Shown: piece by piece, positions 1-9,633 of the stretch
Layout of the letters: every line of letters begins with the position of its first letter
Numbering within the stretch: the stretch's first letter is position 1
Assembly (NCBI GenBank): GCA_028713675.1
Contig: JAQTNV010000001.1
Coordinates: 73,879 to 137,878 of the forward strand
Length of the DNA stretch: 64,000 nucleotides
Reading direction: 5' to 3'
Source: a bacterium
GTDB lineage: Bacteria > Desulfobacterota > JAPLJL01
Program-made: the position numbers and the translations under genes
Notes under the pieces: model-generated
What the model saw: the letters and a program-made list of their open reading frames with translations, nothing else
What the model was told of the DNA's origin: nothing
The model's database searches: none

Positions 1-88
1 ATTTTAATTATTAACCTTGAACCGTGAACGTTGAACCTCTTAACCTAAGACCTATAACCTATAACCTATAACCTATAACCCATAACCC
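1..88. repeat. REP-like dispersed element (taaccttgaaccgtgaacgttgaacct..ttaacctaagacc) followed by an ATAACCT heptamer array
   Basis: The same ~55-bp core recurs at 1664-1735 (+) and as its reverse complement at 3414-3466. ATAACCT occurs x4, then CATAACC variants. Confidence 0.7.
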
Positions 89-1390
89 ATGACCCATATG
101 AACTGGACCAACTCTTCCCGATTGTTTAAAGCCGCCGGGCGGTATATACCCGGCGGGGTGAACAGCCCCGTCCGGGCCTTCCGCAATGTGGGGGGAAACC
201 CGCTTTTCATCACCCGGGGAAAAGGCTCGAAAATCTTCGACGCCGACGGCAACAGGTATGTCGATTACGTCTCTTCCTGGGGCCCGCTGATCCTGGGGCA
301 CGCCCACCCTTCCATCATCCGGGCGATCATGAAAGCGGCCGCCAAGGGCACGAGCTTCGGCGCCCCGACCGAAGAGGAAACCGAGCTCGCCCGCCTGATC
401 GTCCAGGCGATGCCTTCCATCGAGATGGTCCGCCTGGTCAGCTCGGGCACCGAGGCCGCCATGAGCGCCATCCGGGTGGCCCGGGGCTATACCAACCGGG
501 ACCAGATCATCAAGTTCGCCGGCTGTTACCACGGCCATTCCGACGGCCTCCTGGTGAAAGCCGGGTCCGGGGCGACCACGTTCGGGACCCCGGATTCAGC
601 CGGCGTCCCCGCGGATTACGCCCGCAATACCATTGTCCTCCCCTATAACGACAGCGAGGCGCTGTCCCTCTTCCTGGGGAAAAACGGCTCCAAGATCGCC
701 GCGATCATTGTCGAGCCGGTGGCCGCCAACATCGGCCTGGTCCCGCCGGAACCCGACTTCCTTAAGACCCTCCGCCGGCTTTCGGACCGGGACGGGATCA
801 TCCTGATTTTTGACGAGGTGATCACCGGGTTCCGCCTCGGCTACGGCGGCGCCCAGGAATATTACGGGATCAAGCCCGACCTGACCTGCCTGGGTAAAAT
901 CATCGGCGGCGGACTGCCCGTGGGCGCCTACGGAGGGAAGCGGAAAATCATGGAAATGGCGGCTCCGCTCGGCCCGGTCTACCAGGCCGGTACCCTTTCC
1001 GGGAACCCGGTGGCGGTGGCCGCCGGGATCGCCATGCTCAAGGAGCTCAAAAAACCCGGGACTTATCAAAAGCTCGCCAAAAAAGGCGCGAAACTGGCCT
1101 CGGCCCTGGCCCAAGCGGCTACGGAATCCGGAATTATCTCCCGGGTCAACAGCTTGGGCTCGATGTTCTCGATCTTTTTCGGGATCCGGGAAGCCTCTAA
1201 CTACGATCAGGTCCTGCAATCGGACCGCGAGCTTTATCGACGTTTCTTCTGGAACATGCTCGAGAGAGGAATTTACCTGGCCCCCTCCCCCTTCGAGACC
1301 GGCTTTGTATCCCTCGCCCATTCGGAAGCGGACCTGGATTACACCATCGGGAAAATAAAAGAAACGTTCAAAATAATAAATAGGAGATAG
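89..1390 (+). CDS. hemL: glutamate-1-semialdehyde 2,1-aminomutase (class III aminotransferase)
   Basis: 433-aa ORF. The N-terminus RLFxxAxxxIPGGVNSPVRAF and PLP-aminotransferase motifs are typical of HemL. Confidence 0.93.
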   Translation: MTHMNWTNSSRLFKAAGRYIPGGVNSPVRAFRNVGGNPLFITRGKGSKIFDADGNRYVDYVSSWGPLILGHAHPSIIRAIMKAAAKGTSFGAPTEEETELARLIVQAMPSIEMVRLVSSGTEAAMSAIRVARGYTNRDQIIKFAGCYHGHSDGLLVKAGSGATTFGTPDSAGVPADYARNTIVLPYNDSEALSLFLGKNGSKIAAIIVEPVAANIGLVPPEPDFLKTLRRLSDRDGIILIFDEVITGFRLGYGGAQEYYGIKPDLTCLGKIIGGGLPVGAYGGKRKIMEMAAPLGPVYQAGTLSGNPVAVAAGIAMLKELKKPGTYQKLAKKGAKLASALAQAATESGIISRVNSLGSMFSIFFGIREASNYDQVLQSDRELYRRFFWNMLERGIYLAPSPFETGFVSLAHSEADLDYTIGKIKETFKIINRR

Positions 1391-1756
1391 GAGATAGGAG
1401 ATTGAAGATAGGTCAAGCAAGACAAGAGCTTAGAGGTTTTATCTCTAGCCTCTCGCCTCTTGGCTCTAGACTATTTTTACGGCGGTCGGCGCAAGGAGCA
1501 TAGGGCAGAGAGCATAGGGCAGAGAGCATAGGGCATAGGGCAGAGGGCAGAGAGCAAAGGCGTCCATAGTGTCCATAGTGTCCATTGAGTCCATAGGGTC
1601 ATAGGTCGTAGGTCAAAGCTCAAAGGCAAAATCGAGATTCTTCGCCTACGGCTCAGAATGACAATATTTTAATTACTAACCTTGAACCGTGAACGTTGAA
1701 CCTATTAACCTAAGACCCATGACCTATAACCGAACAGAATAAATGGAGAAGGATAA
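1391..1756. repeat. intergenic short-period tandem word arrays (GAGATAGG, AGAGCATAGGGCAG, GTGTCCATAG, GGTCATAGGTCGTAGG) plus REP-like element copy at 1664-1735
   Basis: Direct reading of the sequence. Stop codons are dense in every frame. Confidence 0.75.
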
Positions 1757-1888
1757 ATGATGAACTGGGGATTTTTTATCGTCATCGGAGTTATTTTCCT
1801 TCTCTGCACGGTCTTCACCATTATCTCTTTCGTGTTTTACCTCAAGATCAAGAAAGAAGTCGATAAAACGAAAGAAGAAGACGATTAA
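1757..1888 (+). CDS. small hydrophobic membrane peptide (43 aa: MMNWGFFIVIGVIFLLCTVFTIISFVFYLKIKKEVDKTKEEDD)
   Basis: GGAGAAGG RBS lies 6 nt upstream of the ATG. One clear TM helix with a charged tail. Below the ORF-track length cutoff. Confidence 0.35.
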   Translation: MMNWGFFIVIGVIFLLCTVFTIISFVFYLKIKKEVDKTKEEDD

Positions 1889-1987
1889 GGACAGGCAGCA
1901 ATGAGCAATGAGCAACGAGCAACGAGTAAAGCTCAAAGCGGTAGCCGCAGGCTTAAGCCTGCGCTGAAGATAAAAGATTTGGAATAT

Positions 1988-2050
1988 CCTATCTCCTATC
2001 TCCAATCTCCTATCTCCAATCTCCTATCTCCAATCTCCTATCTCCAATCT
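1988..2050. repeat. tandem 14-mer (TCTCCTATCTCCAA) x ~4.5
   Basis: A perfect direct tandem is visible. The track ORF 1901..2137 runs through it and is probably spurious. Confidence 0.8.
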
Positions 2051-2154
2051 TCGATGAACCAGACGAACGAGACAGACCAAATAGACATTTTTCAGGTGAT
2101 GGGTTTTGGGTTCAGACCCATGACCTATAACCCATGACCTATAACCCATAAATT

Positions 2155-3366
2155 ATGAGTGATCTCGGCTACCGTCTGATCAGCTGCGTCGGACTCCTGG
2201 TGATGATGGGAGTCGCCTTCCTGCTTTCGGAAAACCGGAAAAAAATCAGTCTGCGGATCGTTTTCTGGGGATTATCCCTTCAGCTTATTCTGGTCTTCAT
2301 TATCCTCAAAACCCGCCCGGGGGAGCTCTTTTTCGACCTGGCCAAAAGGGTTTTCGATAAACTGATCCTCTTCAGCAATACCGGGGCGTCTTTCCTTTTC
2401 GGGGGACTGGTTACCGACTATAAAATCGGGGCGATCGTCGCTTTCCAGGCCCTCCCGATTATCATCTTCATCTCCGCGCTGGCCGGCATTCTTTATCACC
2501 TGGGCATCACCCAAAAGGTGGTGGCGGGGATGGCCTGGGTCATGCAGAAATCCATGCGCTGTTCCGGTGCCGAGGCGCTGATCGCCGTGCTCCAGATTTT
2601 CATGGGGATCGAATCCAACACCGTGATTCCCGCCTATATCAAGAAAATGACCCGTTCCGAGATCTTCGTGGTCATGACCACCTTCCTGGCCAGCATCGCC
2701 AGCTCCGTGATGGGGGTTTACGTTTCCTTCGGGGCCTCGGCGGGGCACCTGCTGACCGCCTCGATCATGAGCGCCCCCGCCGCGATTCTGATCTCCAAGA
2801 TGATGATCCCGGAAACCGGCGAGCCGCTCACCCGGGGCGGGGTCAAGTTCAATCCCGAGCGGACCTCGGTCAACGTGATCGACGCCGCCGCCACCGGGGC
2901 GGGGCAAGGCGTGCAGCTGGTGCTGAGCATCGCCGCCATGCTGATCGCCTTCATCGGCCTGATCGCGCTGGTGAATTTCCTTCTCCAGTTCGCGATCCAT
3001 GTCTCCCTCCAGGACATCTTCGGTTATCTCTTCGCCCCCTTCGCCCTGGTCATGGGGGTCCCGGCGGGGGAAGTCCTGACCGTGGGGAAACTTCTCGGCA
3101 CCAAGACCGTTCTGAACGAATTCCTGGCCTATCAGCAGATGCAGGGATTGGTCGCGCAGGGCCTGCTCTCGCCCCGGGCGCAGGTGATTTCGGTTTACGC
3201 CCTCTGCGGATTCGCCAACTTCGGCAGTATCGCCATCCTGATCGGGGGTCTGGGAGAGATCATTCCCGATCGGCGGGGCGAAGTGGCTTCCCTCGGCATC
3301 CGGGCCCTGGTCGCCGGAACACTCTCAACTTTTATGACGGCCTGCTTCGCGGGAATGCTGGTTTAG
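2155..3366 (+). CDS. concentrative nucleoside transporter, NupC/CNT family
   Basis: 403-aa polytopic membrane protein with the CNT-family architecture and conserved glycine-rich segments. Confidence 0.8.
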   Translation: MSDLGYRLISCVGLLVMMGVAFLLSENRKKISLRIVFWGLSLQLILVFIILKTRPGELFFDLAKRVFDKLILFSNTGASFLFGGLVTDYKIGAIVAFQALPIIIFISALAGILYHLGITQKVVAGMAWVMQKSMRCSGAEALIAVLQIFMGIESNTVIPAYIKKMTRSEIFVVMTTFLASIASSVMGVYVSFGASAGHLLTASIMSAPAAILISKMMIPETGEPLTRGGVKFNPERTSVNVIDAAATGAGQGVQLVLSIAAMLIAFIGLIALVNFLLQFAIHVSLQDIFGYLFAPFALVMGVPAGEVLTVGKLLGTKTVLNEFLAYQQMQGLVAQGLLSPRAQVISVYALCGFANFGSIAILIGGLGEIIPDRRGEVASLGIRALVAGTLSTFMTACFAGMLV

Positions 3367-3590
3367 AACAAGGTCATAGGTGATAGGTGATAGGTCATAG
3401 GTGATGGGTCATAGGTCTTAGGTTAAGAGGTGCAACGTTCACGGTTCAGCGTTAATTAGTATTTTTCGACCCAATAGACACAAAGAACACAACGACACGA
3501 TAAACACGATGGGTTTTGGGTGCTTGGCTGCTTGGAAGCGTAGCGTGCTTAGTACTTTGCCGCTCTCGCCTCTTAACTGCGGGCTGAATT
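3367..3590. repeat. GGTCATAGGTGATAGG array + reverse-complement copy of REP-like element (3414-3466)
   Basis: Direct reading. The element is the reverse complement of 1664-1735. Confidence 0.7.
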
Positions 3591-3591
3591 T

Positions 3592-3936
3592 TTACTCGTC
3601 TTCCCGGGTCCGTTTATCCTCGGGAGGATGAAACCAGTCGTAGTGGGTCATATTCGGATCGATCGGCTTGAACATGCAGGGAATTCGGTGCTTCTTATGA
3701 AAGGCGATGATCGAGTATCCTTCCCCTTTTAATTTATTGTAGAGGTTCTTGTTGGTAACCCAGACATAGGTGCCGCGTTCCACCCCGAATTCAAGCTGCT
3801 CGTCTTTACGAACAAAAATACCCCGTGAGGGGTCTTTTATTCCCGGGATGCTGGTAATAGTGTGCTTTTCCCAAAACTCGTCTGTATCGGGCTGAAACCG
3901 TTCGATCTGCTCTTCTAAGTTTAATTTCCTGCCCAA
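3592..3936 (-). CDS. hypothetical protein (114 aa)
   Basis: Clean ORF bounded on both sides by repeat arrays. I do not recognise a family. Confidence 0.45.
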   Translation of the reverse strand: MGRKLNLEEQIERFQPDTDEFWEKHTITSIPGIKDPSRGIFVRKDEQLEFGVERGTYVWVTNKNLYNKLKGEGYSIIAFHKKHRIPCMFKPIDPNMTHYDWFHPPEDKRTREDE

Positions 3937-3939
3937 TTC

Positions 3940-4494
3940 CCCCCAACCTCTCTAAATATAATTATCCTATAAAATATTCTTCAATTCAAATTATTTCGGG
4001 TAGAAAGCAAATAACAAATTGGAGATGGGAGATAGGACAGAGGGCAAAAAGAAAAGGCGTCCATTGTGTCCATAGTGTCCCTCAGATAAACCCTTCGGGA
4101 TAAATCCGTAGTGTCCGTAGTGTCCATGAAGAGCAGAGAGCAGAGGGCAGAGAACTGGTAGCAAGTAGCCGGTAGCCGGTAACCGGTAACCGGAAAAAGA
4201 AGGTGGCTAGGTGGTTGGGTGGTTAGAAAAACCAGTAGGCAGTATGCAGTAAACAGTAGGCAGAATCAGGTCATAGGTCATAGGTGATGGGTTTTGGGTT
4301 AAACCAAAGAAACTAGAGAAACTAGAGAAACCAGACAAACCAGACAGACGAGACAGACTAGATAGACCAGATGAACCAAAGAAACCAGATAGACAGTAAG
4401 AAGCAAGCAGCTCAAATTAAATGTTTGCCCGGTCTACCGTCTACTGTCCCTGGCCGGCTTCGCCCGTCTCGGGCAGGCTACCGTCTACCCTTAG
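3940..4494. repeat. long intergenic array of short tandem words (CAGTAGGCAGTA, GGTCATAGG, AAACTAGAGAAACCAGACAG, CTACCGTCTAC)
   Basis: Direct reading. The segment cagctcaaattaaatgtttgcccgg..ctaccgtctac recurs at 18815-18855 and as its reverse complement at 15040-15070. Confidence 0.75.
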
Positions 4495-5523
4495 CTACCG
4501 TTCCGGCTCGATGATCACCTTGATGGAATTCTTGGCCTCGGCGACCAGCTGGAATCCCTGGGCGGTTTCGGCCAGGCCCAGGCGGTGGGTGATCAGGTCG
4601 CGCACCGGCACCCGGCGGGTCCAGATCAGCTCCCGGGCCGCGAAATGATCGGCGGGGGCGCCGGCGTAGGAGGTGGTGATGGTTATATCATTGCGGAAGA
4701 AAAGTTCGGTAACCGAGAACGAAACCGACACCTCGGGCCGGGTGGGGGCATAGAGGAGAATCGTCCCTCCCCGTTCCGCCGAGGCGAAAGCCTGGGGGAA
4801 GGCGGAGGAGACCCCGGTGCAGACCATCACCTGGTCGGCCAGGCGGCCCTCGTTAAGTTCGCGCAGGCGGCGCGGCACATCCTCGGAGGCGGGGATGGCC
4901 TCGTCGGCCCCGGAGCGGACGGCCATCTCCAGCCGGTAATCCGCGACATCCACGGCCAGGATCCGCCCCGCGCCCAGGGCCCGGGCCAGGCGGATGTGGA
5001 GCAGGCCGGCGATTCCGCTGCCGATGACCAGAACCGTCTGCCCCGGTTTTACTCCCGCGATCTTCTGGGCCCGTACCGCGCAGGCCAGGGGCTCGATGAA
5101 GGTAGCTTCCTCCCACGACATCTCGACCGGGAGCGGATAGACCCCGCGGCTGACGTTGATCGCCGGCAGGCGGATGAATTCCGCGAATCCGCCCGGATCG
5201 TAATTGGTCTGGCGCAGGGTATTGCAGACGGTGTGGTGGCCGTTCCGGCAGTAATAACAGGTGTTGCAGGGGACATGATGAGAGGCCGCGATCCGGTCTC
5301 CGACCCGGTATTGCCCCACACCCTGCCCGACTTCAACAATTTCCCCGGCCGCTTCGTGGCCCAGGACCAGGGGGGCCTTGCCCGCCCGGTACCACTCCAT
5401 CACGTCACCGCCGCAGACGCCGCAGGCCTTGACCCTCATTAAAAGCTCGCCGGGGCCGATCCGGGGCTTGGGCATCTCCTGGACGCGGATATCGGAATTG
5501 CTGTAATACATCGCTACGCGCAT
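4495..5523 (-). CDS. Zn-dependent alcohol dehydrogenase (MDR family; threonine/sorbitol dehydrogenase-like)
   Basis: Contains the GHEAAGEIVEVG catalytic-Zn motif, a structural-Zn Cys cluster (CNTCYYC) and a GxGxxG Rossmann motif. Confidence 0.88.
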   Translation of the reverse strand: MRVAMYYSNSDIRVQEMPKPRIGPGELLMRVKACGVCGGDVMEWYRAGKAPLVLGHEAAGEIVEVGQGVGQYRVGDRIAASHHVPCNTCYYCRNGHHTVCNTLRQTNYDPGGFAEFIRLPAINVSRGVYPLPVEMSWEEATFIEPLACAVRAQKIAGVKPGQTVLVIGSGIAGLLHIRLARALGAGRILAVDVADYRLEMAVRSGADEAIPASEDVPRRLRELNEGRLADQVMVCTGVSSAFPQAFASAERGGTILLYAPTRPEVSVSFSVTELFFRNDITITTSYAGAPADHFAARELIWTRRVPVRDLITHRLGLAETAQGFQLVAEAKNSIKVIIEPER

Positions 5524-5597
5524 GGTTAATCCTCTTTAGCCTGCGAGAAAAGTTGAACAGGCGGGACAGGCGAGAAAAATATTAACAATCAGAAGCT

Positions 5598-6438
5598 TCA
5601 ACCTTTCCCGCCTTTCTTGCCTTTCTTGCTTTTCTTGCTTTTCGCGCCTTTCCCGGTTTTTCCGCCATCGTAAATTTTCTGGGCTTCCGCGGGGGAGGCG
5701 TTTTCATGGATGATCGCGCGGATCGCCTTGATCATCGCCACCGGCTGATCGTTCTGCCAGATGTTCCGGCCCAGGTTTACCCCGATGGCCCCCTTCTTCA
5801 TCCCGTCATGGACGAATTTGAACACCTCGAGCTCGGTGTCCACCTGGGGCCCGCCGGCCATCACCACCGGCACCGGGCAGCCCCGCGTCACCTTGTCAAA
5901 ATCCTCGCACCAGTAGGTTTTCACCACCCGGGCGCCCAGTTCAGCCGCGATCCGCGAGCAGAGGGCCAGGTAGCGGGCCTGCCGCTTTTCGAGCTCCTTG
6001 CCCACCGCGGTCACCGCCATCACCGGAATGCCGTATTTTTCCCCCTCGTCGACCAGCTTGGCCAGGTTGAGGAGCGATTCCTTCTCATACTCGGTGCCGA
6101 TGAAAACGGAGATCCCCACGGCCGCCGCGTTCAGGCGGATGGCCTCCTCCATCGTGGTGGTCAAGCCCTCATTGGCCAGGTCCTTGCCCACCACGCTGGT
6201 GCCGCCCGAGACCCGGAGGATGATCGGCCTGGTGTTCTCCGGGTCCACCGAAGAGCGCAAAACCCCGCGGGTGACGAAAACCGCGTCGGCATAGGGAAGC
6301 AGGGGCGCGAGGGTCCGGCCCGGCTCCTCCAGCTTGTGCGTGGGCCCCTGGAAGTATCCGTGATCGATCGGCAGAAACAGGCAGTGCCCGTCCGCCTTGA
6401 TCAGCTGCGCCATCCGGTTCGCCATTCCCCAGTCCATA
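5598..6438 (-). CDS. class I fructose-bisphosphate aldolase, DhnA/FbaB-type (or ADH synthase AroA' family), with Lys/Gly-rich C-terminal tail
   Basis: LPIDHGYFQGP start and TIM-barrel aldolase motifs. I moved the start to the ATG at 6438, which has a GGAAGGGGG RBS. The track start at 6542 has none. Confidence 0.8.
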
Positions 6439-6514
6439 ACCCTGACCCCCTTCCTTAAGGAAGCATTAATATCCTGATGATTTATACCGATTAAATTACT
6501 CCGAAATCCGGATA

Positions 6515-6553
6515 AAAAAAAGCCCCGATCCCATCGGGGCATCGGGTTTTTTT
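6515..6553. terminator. bidirectional rho-independent terminator (A-run, GC hairpin gccccgat-ccc-atcggggc, T-run)
   Basis: Hairpin flanked by A8 and T7 runs. It lies just downstream of the minus-strand archaemetzincin gene. Confidence 0.6.
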
Positions 6554-6593
6554 AAATAAAAAGTCATTTTTCCAAGAATCGGCCCTTTTAAAA

Positions 6594-7127
6594 TTATTCC
6601 CGGCCGGTATTAATCCGCTGCGAACAGCCTGAACACAGCTTTTTACCTTTTTTATCCGTATCCGCGATAGATTTGGAAAAAAACATCACGCATTCCGGGT
6701 TCTCGCAGTGCTGAAGTCCGAACAGGTGCCCGAGCTCGTGGACCGCCTCCTTCGCCACCCGGTCGGAAAACAGCTTCCGGTCCGGCGGCTTCCGGTAAAA
6801 TTCCTGTCTCAGCCGCTGTAAGGAAATAACCGCCACCCTCCCGGAAATGCCATCCGCCTTGCCGAAAACATAATGAAGCTCGTTGGTAACAAGATCTACA
6901 TCCGCGATCCCCAGGACTTTCAGGCAATCCTCATCCGGAACCCTCTGCCCGATCCGGTTCAGGACGGGGACAACCAGGTACCGGTTTCGTTTCTGGTCGT
7001 AGGCCATTTCCGGCAACGGAACCTCGACCCGGGCGGTAACTTCATAGCCATAAGTTTCCTTGATCTCCTGCCGGAGCTCCGGAAAAACGGCGGAAGCGTC
7101 ATTCCCGACGGAAACCAGGCAGATCAT
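6594..7127 (-). CDS. archaemetzincin (AmzA) family zinc metalloprotease
   Basis: HELGHLFGLQHC...C...C...CSGC zinc-binding signature. Start set at MICLVSVG, which matches the family N-terminus. The longer track ORF (to 7415) is probably an over-extension. Confidence 0.72.
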   Translation of the reverse strand: MICLVSVGNDASAVFPELRQEIKETYGYEVTARVEVPLPEMAYDQKRNRYLVVPVLNRIGQRVPDEDCLKVLGIADVDLVTNELHYVFGKADGISGRVAVISLQRLRQEFYRKPPDRKLFSDRVAKEAVHELGHLFGLQHCENPECVMFFSKSIADTDKKGKKLCSGCSQRINTGRE

Positions 7128-7541
7128 CGGCTTCGGCTGTTCTTTCGGCTCCGTCTCGGCGCCGTTGTTGTTCATGATCACGACCATTCCGAAACAAACC
7201 ATCGGCGACAGGATCGTTTCCAGATATTTCCCGGCTCTTATCAATCTGTTAATCACTGGCATTAAGGTGTTTTTATAACTCGTTAATTTATTGGCATATT
7301 TTATTGATTTATCACCAATTCTCCAACCCTGCCTTTTCCTATTTACAATATAACGGCGTGGAGGAAATTCGAGAGGTTTTCCCGCGTTCCATTTTTCCCA
7401 AAATAGGCTTGACAAACCACTCTATTTGTTATGAAATTATCCATATATCACTTATAGGTAAATTTTAGATTCCAGGGCGATACTGGTGCGCGCATTTTCT
7501 CCATTCGCGGGTATTTTCTTTTCTAAAGGGAGAAAAACGAT

Positions 7542-8069
7542 ATGGAAACTTCGAAAGAAAATGTCAGAAGATCAACAACTCAAGGAATTACCGCCGTATC
7601 GCCGGCCAAAATCACCGTCGGGTCGCCAGCCCCCGATTTCTCCCTGGTGGATTATCAGGATCAACCCTTCAGCCTCTCCAGCTTCCAGGGGAAAAAGGCC
7701 GTCCTTCTCGTCTTTCTGCGGGGATTCGCCTGCAAGCAATCCCAATGGCACCTGGAAGGCCTCAAAGAAGATTACGCGAAATTCAAAGAATTCAAGGCGG
7801 AGGTGGCCGCGATCGGCCAGCACTCCAAGGTCGAATTTTATAACATGTGGAAGGTCATGGGCTTTCCTTTCGTGGGCCTTCCGGACGAGAAAGAAAAAGT
7901 GGCAAAGCTCTATAAGCAAAAGGTAGTCTTCGAGGAAAGAGGCCGGCTCCCCGCGCTTTTCCTGGTGGACAAGTACGGGTCGGTCGCCTTTGCCCATTAC
8001 TGCTCGAATATGTATGACATCCCCCCCAACGAAAAGCTGCTGCAGACACTGGCCAGGATAAAAAGCTGA
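7542..8069 (+). CDS. thioredoxin-fold redoxin (AhpC/TSA-like), paralog 1
   Basis: APDFSL..VLLVFLRGFACKQSQW redoxin-like core. A paralog sits at 30400..30966. Confidence 0.7.
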   Translation: METSKENVRRSTTQGITAVSPAKITVGSPAPDFSLVDYQDQPFSLSSFQGKKAVLLVFLRGFACKQSQWHLEGLKEDYAKFKEFKAEVAAIGQHSKVEFYNMWKVMGFPFVGLPDEKEKVAKLYKQKVVFEERGRLPALFLVDKYGSVAFAHYCSNMYDIPPNEKLLQTLARIKS

Positions 8070-8170
8070 TCAATTCCGGATTATTTTTTTCCCTCCCATA
8101 TCGTTTATAATATTCCCGCAAATATTCTTTTACTATCCAAACCCCCGAAACCGGGACAAGGAGAAATTCC

Positions 8171-9112
8171 GTGAGAAAAATCATCAACATAATCACCATC
8201 ACTGTGGTATTCATTCTGGCCGGCCTGGCTTTTGTATATTTCGCCTCCCCCGGCACCCTTTATAACGCGGGGATCAGCTGGGCCCGGAAATCCGCCGGGC
8301 TTACCCAGAAATCAATCAAGGTAGACGACCATACCATCCAGTACCTTGAGGGCGGGAAAGGCGACAACATCCTGCTGGTCCACGGGTTCACCGGGGAGAA
8401 GGACAACTGGACCCTGTTCGCCAGGTATCTGACCCCCTCTTACCATGTCGTCGCGCTCGACCTGCCCGGCTTCGGGGAAAGCTCCCGGATCGGATCCGAT
8501 TCCTATGCCATCCAGGACCAGGCCAACCGCCTGGACCGCTTCGCGGATCTCGTAGGACTGAAGACCTTTCATATCGCCGGCAACTCGATGGGCGGGGCCA
8601 TCGCCGCCAAGTATACGGTGGACCACCCGGAAAAGGTCCTGACCCTCGGACTGTTCGACAATGCCGGGATCTGGGAATGCCCGGAGAAAAGCGATCTTAA
8701 TAAAGTGCTCGAGCAGGGCGGGAAAAACCCTTTGCTTTCAGAGACGCCCAAGGATTTTAAGGAGTCGCTCAAGTACGTTTTCGTCGATCCTCCCCCCGCC
8801 CCCGGCCGGATCCTCGGTTACCTGGCGGAAAAGCAGCTGGCGGTGAAGGCTTTCAACGAGAAGGTCTGGAATGACATCAAGGGAAAAGACAAGATCTACC
8901 AGCTCGAGCCCGACCTGCCGAAGATCAAGAACCGGACCCTGATCCTCTGGGGCGATACGGACCGCCTGATCAGCGTTTCCTGCGTCGGGATTTTACAGAA
9001 AGGCCTGGTTAATTCCCAGACCGTGATCATGAAAAAATGCGGGCACGTCCCGATGATGGAAAGGCCGAAGGAAACGGCGGAGCATTATTTAAAATTTATC
9101 GCTGCAAAATAA
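8171..9112 (+). CDS. alpha/beta hydrolase with N-terminal TM anchor
   Basis: HGF oxyanion motif, GNSMGG nucleophile elbow, GHVPM. GTG start. Confidence 0.85.
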   Translation: MRKIINIITITVVFILAGLAFVYFASPGTLYNAGISWARKSAGLTQKSIKVDDHTIQYLEGGKGDNILLVHGFTGEKDNWTLFARYLTPSYHVVALDLPGFGESSRIGSDSYAIQDQANRLDRFADLVGLKTFHIAGNSMGGAIAAKYTVDHPEKVLTLGLFDNAGIWECPEKSDLNKVLEQGGKNPLLSETPKDFKESLKYVFVDPPPAPGRILGYLAEKQLAVKAFNEKVWNDIKGKDKIYQLEPDLPKIKNRTLILWGDTDRLISVSCVGILQKGLVNSQTVIMKKCGHVPMMERPKETAEHYLKFIAAK

Positions 9113-9633
9113 TTGCCTGAGCAACCGCGAACCGCCGTTACATACTGTCATTCTGAGCACATTCGCTTCGCTCAGTATAAACCTCTGGCGACTTGTCCCG
9201 AGAATGATCGAGGGAAGAATCTCGCCTACCAGGCAGCACTCGTCATTGCGAGCGCCAGCGAAGCAATCTCTCTTTTTGTTGGCCTTTTTTTCTTTTTGGG
9301 GGGTTGGTTTCGCTCCCCAATCAGGTGATGGGTTTTGGGTGTTAGGTGTTGGGCTAAAGTCGAAAAGAAAATATCTTCCCACTTTGTTAAAAGGGGGATC
9401 GAGGGGGATTTTCAATGCCCATCACCCATGACCCATGACCTATCACCCATGACCTATCACCTATCACCTGATTTCAGTTGACCCTATGGACACTATGGAC
9501 TCAATGGACACTATGGACGCCTTTACCCCTTACCCCTCACGCCTTACGCCTCACGTCTTGTTTCTTTTGTCTCTTGCCTCTCGCCTCTTGCCTAAGACCT
9601 ATGACCTATGACCCATCACCTATGACCTTGTTT
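9113..9633. repeat. intergenic repeat block incl. element gtcattctgagc..gaagaatctc (9147-9234) and CCCATGACCTATCACC / GGACACTATGGAC arrays
   Basis: 9147-9234 is the reverse complement of 11618-11695. The small track ORFs here are spurious. Confidence 0.75.

Noticed and set aside
1901-2137. 78-aa ORF MSNEQRATSK...
   Set aside because: It reads through a perfect 14-bp tandem repeat and a CCCATGACCTATAACC array. The periodic peptide is most likely non-coding.
2272-3017. 242- and 99-aa ORFs antisense to the nucleoside transporter gene
   Set aside because: Typical high-GC antisense open frames. The products are Gly/Arg/Asp-rich with no homology signal.
5706-6458. 250-aa plus ORF and others overlapping the aldolase gene
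   Set aside because: Antisense to a well-supported aldolase CDS.
9089-9431. Small track ORFs in the 9.1-9.4 kb spacer
   Set aside because: They lie inside dispersed-repeat and array sequence and have low-complexity translations.
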